Positions 54,237 through 63,131 of a DNA stretch of 64,000 nt are shown here, one piece after another. This DNA is from a virus (lineage: Duplodnaviria; Caudoviricetes), in IMG/VR virus record IMGVR_UViG_3300010361_000011, positions 6,045 to 70,044 of that record; one strand, 5' to 3'. Numbering within the stretch: position 1 is the stretch's first letter; each line of letters starts with the position of its first letter. The notes below the pieces were generated by a model. That model did no database searches and was not told the DNA's origin. It saw nothing but the letters and a program-made list of their open reading frames with translations. The translations under genes were made by a program, and so were the position numbers.

Positions 54237-54618
54237 GTTCTACCTTCCGATCGCACCGCCAGCAAACAATGCTTACACGAACGTGCGCGGACGCGGGCGA
54301 ATAAAGTCGACACGTTACCAGACATGGCTGAAAGATGCCGATGCCCACTATATGCTTCAGCATCTGGGGGGCAGCAGGATTATGATTACCGTCCCTTACG
54401 TGTGCAGGATGTCCTTCTCGGACAAGCTTGCGGGCGACCTGGATGGGCGCGCCAAGTTAATCTTGGACTGGATGGTTTCACGCAGCCTGACGCCGGATGA
54501 CAGACACTGCTGGGGATTGTTCTTGGACAAGAACGCCGATGTGCCAAGCAAGACTGTGCTTATCGAGGTGGAACCCTATGTTGGATCACGCATGCCAAGT
54601 CGGGCGCGCGCCGCTTAA
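54229..54618 (+). CDS. rusA: RusA-like Holliday junction resolvase
   Basis: PPANNAY, DLDGRAKLILD and DDRHC motifs; GTG start inferred. Confidence 0.8.
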   Translation: MLRFYLPIAPPANNAYTNVRGRGRIKSTRYQTWLKDADAHYMLQHLGGSRIMITVPYVCRMSFSDKLAGDLDGRAKLILDWMVSRSLTPDDRHCWGLFLDKNADVPSKTVLIEVEPYVGSRMPSRARAA

Positions 54619-55168
54619 AGAACATCCCGGTGATCTCTACGATACGCCCGATGTCGCGGTCCATGCGCTGCTCAAGGTCGAGAAATTACCGTCACGCATC
54701 TGGGAGCCGGCGTGCGGCGCCGGAAATATCGTTAACGTATTACGTGAGGCGGGTCACGACGTCGTGGCCACTGATCTCAATCAGCGCGGCTGTTACGATA
54801 GTTTGTTCGGTGTTGATTTTCTCTTTCCGCTGATCATTCCACCTATCAAAGCCGACGCGATCGTCACCAATCCGCCATTCCAGTTGGCCGAGGAGTTCGT
54901 CATCGCTGCGCTCGAGCGCGCGCCGCTTGTCGTCATGCTGATGCGGTTGGCGTTCTACGAGAGCGAGAAGCGAACCAATATCCTCGAAGGCGCCGGCCTC
55001 GCCCGTATCCATGCGTTTGCGAATCGTTTGCCGATGATGCACCGGGCTGGCTGGCAAGGTCGCAAAGCCAGTTCGAGCATGCCGTTTGCATGGTTCGTCT
55101 GGGAGCGCGGTTATGCCGGGCCAACGACGATCGACCGCATTCGATGGGTACCGCGCTATGTCGGATGA
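54578..55168 (+). CDS. amino (N6-adenine/N4-cytosine) DNA methyltransferase
   Basis: DLYDTP, IWEPACGAG (motif I) and IVTNPPF (motif IV). Confidence 0.88.
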   Translation: MLDHACQVGRAPLKEHPGDLYDTPDVAVHALLKVEKLPSRIWEPACGAGNIVNVLREAGHDVVATDLNQRGCYDSLFGVDFLFPLIIPPIKADAIVTNPPFQLAEEFVIAALERAPLVVMLMRLAFYESEKRTNILEGAGLARIHAFANRLPMMHRAGWQGRKASSSMPFAWFVWERGYAGPTTIDRIRWVPRYVG

Positions 55169-55667
55169 CTTCAAGCGTCATCTCAATGAGCGGCGTGCTC
55201 AGAGCTATGCCTCGACACGCTTGTGGAACCCTGACCCTGACGCGATCGGAATGGAGGGGGAAAAAGCGCTGGCAGAATACTTCGATGCGATACAGGATTT
55301 TCGCAACCGGCCCGGAGGCGACGATCGCATCGACCTGGAGCTTCTGCTCAATCTGGATGGACCGGACCAGTGGTTCGAGGTCGATGTCAAGGCGGCGAAC
55401 GATCCCAAGTACCTGCTGGTGAACGTGAAGAAGATCGTGCCGCATCGGCTCTACGTACTGTGCGGTCCAACGGTGGATAGTTGGAAGCTGCATGGATGGG
55501 AGCGCGGCAGCGCCATGATGTTGGAGCCGACCGATCGATGGTCAGGCAACGATGCAATCGTCCACTACAAGAAACGCGGCTTGCTTCAAAAAATGACGAT
55601 CCTGAAACGAGCATATCGAGGATGGTGGCGGCACCACGGGCTGCGCAAGAGGCCGGCCTTACGATGA
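55158..55667 (+). CDS. PD-(D/E)xK nuclease-like protein
   Basis: GMEGEKA...DRID...EVDVK pattern. Confidence 0.5.
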   Translation: MSDDFKRHLNERRAQSYASTRLWNPDPDAIGMEGEKALAEYFDAIQDFRNRPGGDDRIDLELLLNLDGPDQWFEVDVKAANDPKYLLVNVKKIVPHRLYVLCGPTVDSWKLHGWERGSAMMLEPTDRWSGNDAIVHYKKRGLLQKMTILKRAYRGWWRHHGLRKRPALR

Positions 55668-57166
55668 ACAAAGAACTACGCCTGTACCAGGAAGAATGTC
55701 TTCAAGCGATCAGGGATACGGTGCGCCAGCGCGTGTACCGCCTCGTGGTGCAGGCGCCAACAGGTAGCGGCAAGACCCTGGTCGCAGCGACGATCGTCGA
55801 GGGCGCGCGCAGCAAAGGCAACCGCCTCGTGTTTGTCGTGCCCAGCATTCAGTTGGTCGACCAGACCGTAGAGATGTTTTGGAGCGAAGGCATTCGAGAC
55901 ATCGGCGTGATCCAAGCCGATCACGCTTTGACCAATTGGTCGCAGCCGGTCCAGGTTGCGAGCATCCAGACGATACGCTCGCGTGACAAGTATCCTGACG
56001 CGCAGGTGGTCGTGTTCGATGAAGTGCATCAGCTGCACGCTGCACATGTGAAGTGGCTGCAACATCCAGATTGGCAGAGCGTGCCGTTTATTGGCTTGTC
56101 GGCTACGCCCTGGACAAGAGGCCTCGGCAGATATTTCGAGACGTTGCTGGTGATGAGCACCACGCAAGAGCTAATCAATCTCGGTTACCTCGCAAGTTTC
56201 AAGGTATTCGCTGCCGACCACCCCAACTTGGATGGGGTCAAAGTAGTGGCCGGCGATTATCATGAGGGACAGCTGAGCACCGTCATGCGCGAGAACGCTC
56301 TCGTCGCCAACATCATCGAAACATGGCGGGTTAGATGGAACAAAGACAAGACGCTGGTTTTTGGGGTCGATTGCGCGCACGCCCAAGCCTTGCAAGCGCG
56401 CTTCCTCGATGCTGGGATAACGGCTGCGTACCAGGACGCCGGCACAAGCCCAGCCGACCGTGCAGCTATAAAGCGTGGATTTCATGATGGGACCTTCCGC
56501 GTTGTTTGTAACATCGGGACATTGACTACGGGCGTCGATTGGGATGTTCGCTGTCTTGTGTTAGCGCGTCCAACCAAGAGCGAGATGCTGTTCGTACAGA
56601 TAGTGGGGCGCGCGCTCAGAACAGCCGACGGCAAAGAGCATGCCCTGATTCTCGATCACACCGATACGACCTCAAGGTTAGGTTTCGTCACCGATATTCA
56701 CCACGACCATTTGTCGATGGGCAAACTCGATCAGAACAAGCCGGTCAAGCGCAGCCCGCCGCTGCCGAAACCGTGTCCGCAATGCACCGTGCTCATTCCG
56801 GTGGGCATGAAGGTTTGTCCCGAGTGTGGCTTCGAGCGACAGATCGTGTCCGACATCTATGAGCGTGAGGGAGAACTGGTGGAGTTCACCGGCGGCTTCC
56901 GCAAAAAGGGAACGACCAACGCCAAGCGCTTCCCCTACACTTACGAGGAGAAGGCGCGGTTCTATGCGCAGCTGCGCGGCTATGGCCTGCTCAAGGGCTA
57001 CAAAGACGGCTGGGCTTTCGTCAAATACATGGAGAAGTTCAATGAGAAGCCATTCTGGGCCTGGAGGAATCATCATCCCATGCAAGCTGGCCCCGAGGTG
57101 ATGGCATACATCAGGTCCGGTTTCATCGAGTGGGCGAGAAGCAAGTACAACCCAAACAATCGGTAG
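55664..57166 (+). CDS. SF2 DEAD/DEAH helicase (RadD/YejH-like) with zinc ribbon
   Basis: LRLYQ, APTGSGKT, DEVH, GLSATP, TTGVD, QIVGRALR; CPQC...CPECG. Confidence 0.93.
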   Translation: MNKELRLYQEECLQAIRDTVRQRVYRLVVQAPTGSGKTLVAATIVEGARSKGNRLVFVVPSIQLVDQTVEMFWSEGIRDIGVIQADHALTNWSQPVQVASIQTIRSRDKYPDAQVVVFDEVHQLHAAHVKWLQHPDWQSVPFIGLSATPWTRGLGRYFETLLVMSTTQELINLGYLASFKVFAADHPNLDGVKVVAGDYHEGQLSTVMRENALVANIIETWRVRWNKDKTLVFGVDCAHAQALQARFLDAGITAAYQDAGTSPADRAAIKRGFHDGTFRVVCNIGTLTTGVDWDVRCLVLARPTKSEMLFVQIVGRALRTADGKEHALILDHTDTTSRLGFVTDIHHDHLSMGKLDQNKPVKRSPPLPKPCPQCTVLIPVGMKVCPECGFERQIVSDIYEREGELVEFTGGFRKKGTTNAKRFPYTYEEKARFYAQLRGYGLLKGYKDGWAFVKYMEKFNEKPFWAWRNHHPMQAGPEVMAYIRSGFIEWARSKYNPNNR

Positions 57167-57174
57167 GATCAGCC

Positions 57175-57495
57175 ATGGTCGTCGCCACCGATGAGCAGCT
57201 TCTGCGCGCGTTTTACACTGCAGCGCTGTATCTGATCGATAAAGTCGAGCGCGAAGGTTGGTACTGGACCTCCAACTATCTCCGCGAACACGCCCGTGCC
57301 ACCACCGGATTGCGTTTCACCAATTCGCGGTCGCCCGACATTCTGCGCATATTGGTGCGGCGTTTCCCCGAGTTGAAACCGTGGGTCGAACTCAAGCCGC
57401 TCACGCGGCCAAACTCGATGAATGACCGTAGGTTTCGACAGGTCGAGAAGCTGATACGGGACGCGCAAGCAGGCGCCCAAAAGGAGCTGTTCTAA
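57175..57495 (+). CDS. hypothetical protein
   Basis: Start MVVATDE after an AGGA RBS. Confidence 0.6.
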   Translation: MVVATDEQLLRAFYTAALYLIDKVEREGWYWTSNYLREHARATTGLRFTNSRSPDILRILVRRFPELKPWVELKPLTRPNSMNDRRFRQVEKLIRDAQAGAQKELF

Positions 57496-57728
57496 GCCGG
57501 TTCTAGCTGCTTAAGCTGTTTGGGGTGCTTAGTGCGCTTATATTCTTGGAACAGTTCCGGGCGCAATTTGTCGCGTGGTACACCCGTTACTTTCTCAACT
57601 GTTATCAGCCAATTGTAAGGAACACGGTCCCACTGACAGATAGCATTGTGTGATATGCCAAGCTTACGTGCGAGCGAACGCACGCCGCCAGCCGCTCTGA
57701 TTGCGATCTTTAGCCCGATATCCATCAC
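57492..57728 (-). CDS. Cro/YdaS-like HTH regulator
   Basis: AGGVRSLARKLGISHNAICQW...TGVPRDKLRPELF. Confidence 0.85.
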   Translation of the reverse strand: MMDIGLKIAIRAAGGVRSLARKLGISHNAICQWDRVPYNWLITVEKVTGVPRDKLRPELFQEYKRTKHPKQLKQLEPA

Positions 57729-57737
57729 AAGCTCCGA

Positions 57738-57760
57738 TTACCATCCATCCGGGATGGTAA
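57738..57760. promoter_or_regulatory. palindromic operator upstream of the Cro-like gene
   Basis: TTACCATCC-N5-GGATGGTAA. Confidence 0.6.
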
Positions 57761-57879
57761 GCGTTGACTGCCGTCTGCGCAAGTAGCGGGAAGGAGGACT
57801 TGCCATCCACAGAAAAGTATGGTTAGTTGCAGGAAGTGACGCTTACCGGCGTCACCGCCAAGCAGGAAGGAGACCTTCC

Positions 57880-58287
57880 ATGGCAACACGTAAGGAACTG
57901 ATCCGGTATCAGCCGGCCATGCCCGCGCACGTAGATTACGAGCAGGGCGTGATCAGCGGGCCGGATGCAGTGACGCCGATCCTCATGACGCTGTATAACA
58001 GTGATCCCGAGGAGCTGGGGCCGCTGCTCGGCAGCCAAGACCGTGAGACGTCGCCTAACGGCGCGGTCTGGGCTGATAAGACGATCGTCGCTCAGTTGGT
58101 AAAGGCCTACAACGACAAGAACAGTAACCTGGCCATTATCGCCGATGCAACCCTCGCCAAGGTCGCCAGCTGGGTCAGCTGGGGTTCCCGCCGTCTGGGT
58201 ATCGGTCGCTCGCAGCTTCTGGAAAAGGCTCGGCACGCCTACTTGGCGGCGCAGGGTGCGACTCCAGAATCGACGCCGGCCGAGTGA
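57880..58287 (+). CDS. hypothetical protein, possible C-terminal RHH
   Basis: GAAGGAG RBS; RRLGIGRSQLLEKARHAYL. Confidence 0.6.
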   Translation: MATRKELIRYQPAMPAHVDYEQGVISGPDAVTPILMTLYNSDPEELGPLLGSQDRETSPNGAVWADKTIVAQLVKAYNDKNSNLAIIADATLAKVASWVSWGSRRLGIGRSQLLEKARHAYLAAQGATPESTPAE

Positions 58288-58350
58288 TTACGGGAAACGT
58301 CGCAAAGGCCGGGGAGGGAATGCTCCCCGGTCTTTGTTTCACGGAGGGAT

Positions 58351-59103
58351 ATGATGGATGCACAAACAACGGTGACGGTGCGTTGCACGGCGTGTGGCAA
58401 GCTGGGCGAGGTCAAGCCAAGCTGCGGCTGTGGTGCCGCCTTCGAGTATATCTCGCCCGGCGAGTTGGCGGCGCAGGCGGTGAAGGACAATCCGGGGATG
58501 TCTGATCGTGCTATCGCTGACAAGCTCGGCATTAGCGACAAGACTGTAGGCAAGGCTCGCAAAGCAACTGCGGATTATTCCGCAGTTGAAACGCGCGTCG
58601 GCAAGGATGGCAAAAAGCGTAAGCAATCCAGAGGCAGGGTCAAACGACCGAGCGCTGTGTCTGCTGACGATTGGGAGCGATTCCAAGCTAAGGCTGCCGC
58701 CGAAGGTAAATCCGGGGCCGAGGTGCTAGGTGATCTACTCGCTGACCCGGTCATCGATCCCAAGACGCTGCCTAAGACCACGCAAGAAAAGCTCGCGGTC
58801 GCGTTGCGCCAGCAGCAGCGCGCGCAGAACGCTGAGTTCGAGAGGCGAGTGGCGGCCGAATACACCGCGCGCGTCAAGAGAGGTTTCCCCGAGTTAGAGA
58901 GGATGGAGCGCGAAGCGCGCGAGGAAAAGCGTCTTTACGAGCGGCTTCGCCGAGAGAGCAAGAAGCTGGGCACGCTGAGTGACTGGAACAATCTCATGTT
59001 CTGCCTGCACCCGGATACGCGAAGGACGGCATCGGACGAGAAGTTCGATGCCGCCCTGCGCTGGGTAATGCTGAAGAAGTTCGCGATCACTGGAGAGAAA
59101 TAA
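58351..59103 (+). CDS. Zn-finger + HTH protein with C-terminal LHPD motif
   Basis: CTACG...CGCG; SDRAIADKLGISDKTVGKARK; MFCLHPD. Confidence 0.7.
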   Translation: MMDAQTTVTVRCTACGKLGEVKPSCGCGAAFEYISPGELAAQAVKDNPGMSDRAIADKLGISDKTVGKARKATADYSAVETRVGKDGKKRKQSRGRVKRPSAVSADDWERFQAKAAAEGKSGAEVLGDLLADPVIDPKTLPKTTQEKLAVALRQQQRAQNAEFERRVAAEYTARVKRGFPELERMEREAREEKRLYERLRRESKKLGTLSDWNNLMFCLHPDTRRTASDEKFDAALRWVMLKKFAITGEK

Positions 59104-59130
59104 AAAGGGCCGCGCTCAAGGACGCGGCCC
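59102..59130 (-). terminator. intrinsic terminator between convergent genes
   Basis: GGGCCGCG/CGCGGCCC 8-bp stem followed by U5 on the minus strand. Confidence 0.65.
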
Positions 59131-59158
59131 AAAGGGGTGGTACTTCGACCAGAAAAGG

Positions 59159-59674
59159 TTAACGTACCTTGTGTATCTCGTCCAGAGCCGCCTTGCCGGT
59201 GAGCGGCATGCGACGCCGCTTGCCGGTAAGCTCGGCCTCCTTCTTCTCCTGGCCGACCTTCATCTTCTCGATACGGACTTTGGCTTTGTCAGCCTTAGTT
59301 CCGTTGCCCGAGGCGACGCGCTTGGCTGCCTCATACACGTCACGTTTGAGATAGGTGGGAATATCGAGACCGTCATCCGGCTGAGCAGCAAGTGGTTCGT
59401 TGCCGGCGTTGTTCTCGATCGGGGCGGGCACGTCCACCGCTGCGCTCCTATCCTCGGTTATATGATGGGCTGGAGCCGGAAGCGGGTTCTCGACCTTGCG
59501 CGCATCCGCTACTGGATGGCTGAGGAGATAGCCGGCGAGCCGCTTGGCTTGCTTGCGCAGGATCGGCAGCTGTAGCTCCGCCTTCACCAACATCTTGATC
59601 GCTGCCTCACGGCTCGCTTCGAAGCGAGCGATCTTGTTGCGGACGTCGCGTAGTGCTTTCTCTCGTTTGGTCAT
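59159..59674 (-). CDS. hypothetical protein
   Basis: AAAGGA RBS; coiled coil, DIPTYLKR, MPLTGKAAL. Confidence 0.7.
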   Translation of the reverse strand: MTKREKALRDVRNKIARFEASREAAIKMLVKAELQLPILRKQAKRLAGYLLSHPVADARKVENPLPAPAHHITEDRSAAVDVPAPIENNAGNEPLAAQPDDGLDIPTYLKRDVYEAAKRVASGNGTKADKAKVRIEKMKVGQEKKEAELTGKRRRMPLTGKAALDEIHKVR

Positions 59675-59726
59675 AGTGTATCCTTTCACTTGTCAAACAG
59701 CACGGTCGCCCTTCGACCGTGAGAGC

Positions 59727-59737
59727 ATTATACCACA
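59727..59737 (-). promoter_or_regulatory. extended -10 promoter
   Basis: TGTGGTATAAT on the minus strand, followed by a CACGGTCG/CGACCGTG leader hairpin. Confidence 0.6.
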
Positions 59738-59817
59738 GGGCACTTGTGTTTCTTTAACGCGACTCTTATGATCAATGACTTAGCAACAAGTTCGCACTGA
59801 AATCACTAGAGAACAAA

Positions 59818-60156
59818 ATGAGTCGCGTCATGATAGATAAAGATGAGTGTGGCTGCATCTACGTGATGGAAGCGCCCGAGGTTGAGCGGGTTAAAATCGG
59901 TTTCTCAACGATGTCGTCTCTTGCTGGTCGCTTCGCTTCTGTGAACGGTCAATCTCCGGTTCCCGTGCATCTTGCGTTTGTCTTTACCGTCGCAGCGCGT
60001 GATGACGTGCGATATCTGGAGCGTCGTGTGCACACTTTACTCAAAGGCAAGCGCATCCGTGGCGAATGGTTCTGCGCAACTGTCGATGAGGCCCGCGAGG
60101 CAATTCTCAAAGCTTATGAGAATCGAACTATGCAAGCTTTGGTACGACGCGTCTGA
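59818..60156 (+). CDS. GIY-YIG / T5orf172-domain protein
   Basis: CIYVM...VKIGFS...ERRVH...RIRGEWF. Confidence 0.85.
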   Translation: MSRVMIDKDECGCIYVMEAPEVERVKIGFSTMSSLAGRFASVNGQSPVPVHLAFVFTVAARDDVRYLERRVHTLLKGKRIRGEWFCATVDEAREAILKAYENRTMQALVRRV

Positions 60157-60157
60157 C

Positions 60158-60652
60158 TCACTGATACTGATAGCGCGACGTTGAGTTCGTCGTAGGACGC
60201 GAATCAATTCGTGAAGGGTCTTTGGACTTATACTTGTAGTACGCTGTGGGCGACGGCACCCTCTCGTGTTTGGGCACCAGATACGTGCTTCCCAGCGGCA
60301 ATGGTCGCTCGCCTTCGTGTGCCCCGGACCATCCGTTGCAATGGCCGCGTTCGTGCCGTAGCAACAGGCCGGTCGAATAGCCGCGCTCGCGCATGACTTC
60401 GTCGCGTACCATGAGGATCAGGCAGCTTTTCCCGTTTTGCCACGAGCATGCGAGGATGTGGGGATTGTTGACCCGGCACATGGTCTGCACCTCTGCCTGG
60501 GTGTCCACCATCTCGATCGTGAGGTCGCCCTCGTACTCGTAATCGTACTTGACTGGCGGGAAGATGCCGTAGAGCGGCATCTGCGACCAGACGTCGAACA
60601 TCAACAGTAGGGTGAAGGCGAGGACTGCGACGATCAACAAGAGACCTTTCAT
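60158..60652 (-). CDS. membrane-anchored HExxH metallopeptidase-like protein
   Basis: N-terminal TM helix; LLRHERGHCNGW...H. Confidence 0.6.
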   Translation of the reverse strand: MKGLLLIVAVLAFTLLLMFDVWSQMPLYGIFPPVKYDYEYEGDLTIEMVDTQAEVQTMCRVNNPHILACSWQNGKSCLILMVRDEVMRERGYSTGLLLRHERGHCNGWSGAHEGERPLPLGSTYLVPKHERVPSPTAYYKYKSKDPSRIDSRPTTNSTSRYQYQ

Positions 60653-60885
60653 GGTAGACTCCTTAAGTGTCCGAGTATCGCCGCTATGGTTATGCCTATT
60701 GACATCGACAGACAAAACACCCCCCAAAAAAGAGCCTTGCTTTTGTTGATTTCGCATCCTGCTGGCCTTGATGGTCTTGGCGGTGTTGGAATATAAGGGC
60801 GTGCATCGGGGAGCATGCCAAGGACAAAAATAATAGCGACTCCGATCCACGTTATGACAAAGAGAGTTGCTGCTAGCTCGATCAT
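60649..60885 (-). CDS. two-TM membrane protein
   Basis: Two hydrophobic helices; ATGA overlap. Confidence 0.6.
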   Translation of the reverse strand: MIELAATLFVITWIGVAIIFVLGMLPDARPYIPTPPRPSRPAGCEINKSKALFWGVFCLSMSIGITIAAILGHLRSLP

Positions 60886-60897
60886 GTGAAGTTTCTT

Positions 60898-61116
60898 TCA
60901 CGTCAGTTGACTTACGATGTCCTCGAACTTGCGCTGCGGCAGCGTGAGCCGCATCAGCACCAGGAGCCGCACGAGGCGCGCCGAGGGCTCCGGGATTGCC
61001 ACCTCGCCAGAGGCGTAGCGATAGGGCGTGCGATCGCCGACGCCGAGGACGCGCTGCATCTTCTCGTGCGTCCAGCCCAGCGTCGCGCGGGCGTGTTGAT
61101 ATTCGTTGTGTGTCAT
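60898..61116 (-). CDS. XRE-like HTH protein
   Basis: RATLGWTHEKMQRVLGVGDRTPYRYASGEVAIP. Confidence 0.75.
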   Translation of the reverse strand: MTHNEYQHARATLGWTHEKMQRVLGVGDRTPYRYASGEVAIPEPSARLVRLLVLMRLTLPQRKFEDIVSQLT

Positions 61117-61220
61117 CGCGGTCGCGCCGGCCAAATGATAAGGAGCATGCCTATGGCAACTCCAAGCGCGAAGCAGGAGATGCCAAAGGCGGTGAGGCTG
61201 ATTATGCTGACGTCGATCAT
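61113..61220 (-). CDS. 35-aa single-TM peptide
   Basis: Hand-translated MIDVSIISLTAFGISCFALGVAIGMLLIIWPARPR; overlapping start/stop with both neighbours. Confidence 0.55.
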   Translation of the reverse strand: MIDVSIISLTAFGISCFALGVAIGMLLIIWPARPR

Positions 61221-61465
61221 CAGCGTGCCTTCAGGAATGCGATCGTGGCCGCGATCTCGGCGGTCCAAGCCTCCAGATCGGCGATCGTATGCGCGATGTT
61301 GGCATGCTCTCGCAGAGCATGTGCCCGTATCTCATCGAGCGAGAGCGGTAGTGATTGTGCACTTCTCCGATACGGCGCTGGCGCCGGCGGGTCTTCCTTG
61401 AGAATGCCGCGCATCTCTTGGTGAGTGGGTAGCCTGGAGTCTGGTTTAGACGGTCGTTTGCTCAT
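61220..61465 (-). CDS. hypothetical protein
   Basis: GGAG RBS; coupled overlap. Confidence 0.6.
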   Translation of the reverse strand: MSKRPSKPDSRLPTHQEMRGILKEDPPAPAPYRRSAQSLPLSLDEIRAHALREHANIAHTIADLEAWTAEIAATIAFLKAR

Positions 61466-61949
61466 GTTTGCTCTCCTTCTCCATCATTCTGAGCTTCAGT
61501 AAGATTGCACGCACGCCGCTATCGTTGATCTCAATGCCGTTATAGTGGCGACTGAAATGGTGGCGCTCGTATCTTGACTCCTCAACTGGCGGCTCAACGC
61601 CAGTGAAAGCGTATAACCACGCCACGACTGCGAGACGCGCGTCTTCGAGCTTCTGCTTCGCGCGTTCGCGCTCTGCGTCCTCGGCGTCCTTACGAGCCTT
61701 CAGTTCAGCCTGCTCCTCGTAAGGCCCAAGGATGCTCTTGGCATTCATCTCGATGATGTCGGTGGGCTTGTCGGGCTTTTGGTCTTCAACAATGTTGCCT
61801 TCGACATTGGTTTCATAATCGTGCGGCGAGCCAGTATCGCGTGTGCGGCGTTGCACGACGGCAGTCACCCTGAAGCGCGCCAGCCCATTGGGATGCATCG
61901 GACTGGAAATGGCATAGATTCTGCCGGGGAAAATCTTTGAACCTTGCAT
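61446..61949 (-). CDS. hypothetical early-type protein
   Basis: GGAG RBS; ORF track. Confidence 0.65.
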   Translation of the reverse strand: MQGSKIFPGRIYAISSPMHPNGLARFRVTAVVQRRTRDTGSPHDYETNVEGNIVEDQKPDKPTDIIEMNAKSILGPYEEQAELKARKDAEDAERERAKQKLEDARLAVVAWLYAFTGVEPPVEESRYERHHFSRHYNGIEINDSGVRAILLKLRMMEKESKHEQTTV

Positions 61950-61950
61950 G

Positions 61951-62199
61951 TCAATCTCCTTTTGCTCTATTTCGTTTGTCCCACACAGGGTGGTCCTGGC
62001 CGATCATTGTCAGCTTGCCGTCGTGATAGGTGTAGTTCACCGGGTCGTCGCTCTCGACAACACGAGTATCGAGCACGAGTATCCAGCGCATGGCGAGATC
62101 GAAGACGTTGTCCTCGGCTTCTTGCTTGGTGGCAAACCGCAGTTGATTGCCGCACCATTGGCCGGATGAGTCGGCGATCACTTCAGGTTTCCATGACAT
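61951..62199 (-). CDS. small early-type protein (WxxNxLRFATxxEA family)
   Basis: GGAG RBS; WCGNQLRFATKQEAE. Confidence 0.7.
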   Translation of the reverse strand: MSWKPEVIADSSGQWCGNQLRFATKQEAEDNVFDLAMRWILVLDTRVVESDDPVNYTYHDGKLTMIGQDHPVWDKRNRAKGD

Positions 62200-62200
62200 G

Positions 62201-62464
62201 TCACTTGCTCCCTTCACGGCGCTTTTCAGCGTGCTTTGCTGCGCCGTCGTACATTTCGCCTGCTAATTCGAGGAACTCCTCCCTCGATGCGCCGCAGAAC
62301 TGGGTGAAAGTAGCTGCGGCACGCATAAGCACTGAACCAAGACAGGGAACGCTGTCCTGTTTGATGCCGGCGATCTCGAAGCTCTGCGCAACATCCTTGA
62401 TGTACGTAATGAGCTTGTCCTTGGCGTATTTGTGCAGATCGCGCTCAAGCTTATTCAGGGGCAT
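62201..62464 (-). CDS. hypothetical protein
   Basis: GGAGG RBS; ORF track. Confidence 0.65.
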   Translation of the reverse strand: MPLNKLERDLHKYAKDKLITYIKDVAQSFEIAGIKQDSVPCLGSVLMRAAATFTQFCGASREEFLELAGEMYDGAAKHAEKRREGSK

Positions 62465-63128
62465 GTTCGTCCTCCGTGATTACCGTAGTGCATACGAGCG
62501 CTTTCCGTTTCTCGTGGCGCTTCAGTACGGCCCATGATTTGCCGTCTATCGTCGGCAGCGAGACGCGCCAGCCAGCTGGCGGCGCATTGAACCACGCCGT
62601 TGCATCGGCTCCGTCGTTGATAAACTTGAGGCACGTATTCCAGATGAGGCGCGTTGCCTTCATCAGATGATCGGCATTGCGTGCGCCCAGGCGCTGCGCG
62701 ACGCGGCTCATCGCATGGCAGGTGATGAACAGGAGCGGCCGGGAGTGCGCTTGAATCTTATTGTGTCCGCCACCCTGGCTTTCGACAGCTGACAAGTTGC
62801 ATGCGATCCAGGGCTTCGGGCAGATCGGATCGCCGGGGCGAATCTCCTCGTCGCGTCCAGGATCGTAGCCGGTGAAATCGTAGATCATGATATCGAAGCG
62901 TCCACGCTTTCCTGGATTGAGAACCGTATGGTACGCACCTGCACGCTCGATGCGCTGGGCGAGCTTGCGCTGTGCCTTGGGTGTGCCGGCACCGCCGCAT
63001 GCTGTAACGACGGCGCTGATCTCGTCCCAAAGTGTCGCGTGCTTGCGGGCAAGCTCGCGCATCATCTCGGCGACGACGCGATCGGCGTAGCGTTCCGGGG
63101 GTGGACCGAAGGACCTGATCTCAAGCAT
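62451..63128 (-). CDS. hypothetical protein
   Basis: AGGA RBS; 225-aa ORF. Confidence 0.7.
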   Translation of the reverse strand: MLEIRSFGPPPERYADRVVAEMMRELARKHATLWDEISAVVTACGGAGTPKAQRKLAQRIERAGAYHTVLNPGKRGRFDIMIYDFTGYDPGRDEEIRPGDPICPKPWIACNLSAVESQGGGHNKIQAHSRPLLFITCHAMSRVAQRLGARNADHLMKATRLIWNTCLKFINDGADATAWFNAPPAGWRVSLPTIDGKSWAVLKRHEKRKALVCTTVITEDEHAPE

Positions 63129-63131
63129 CGA

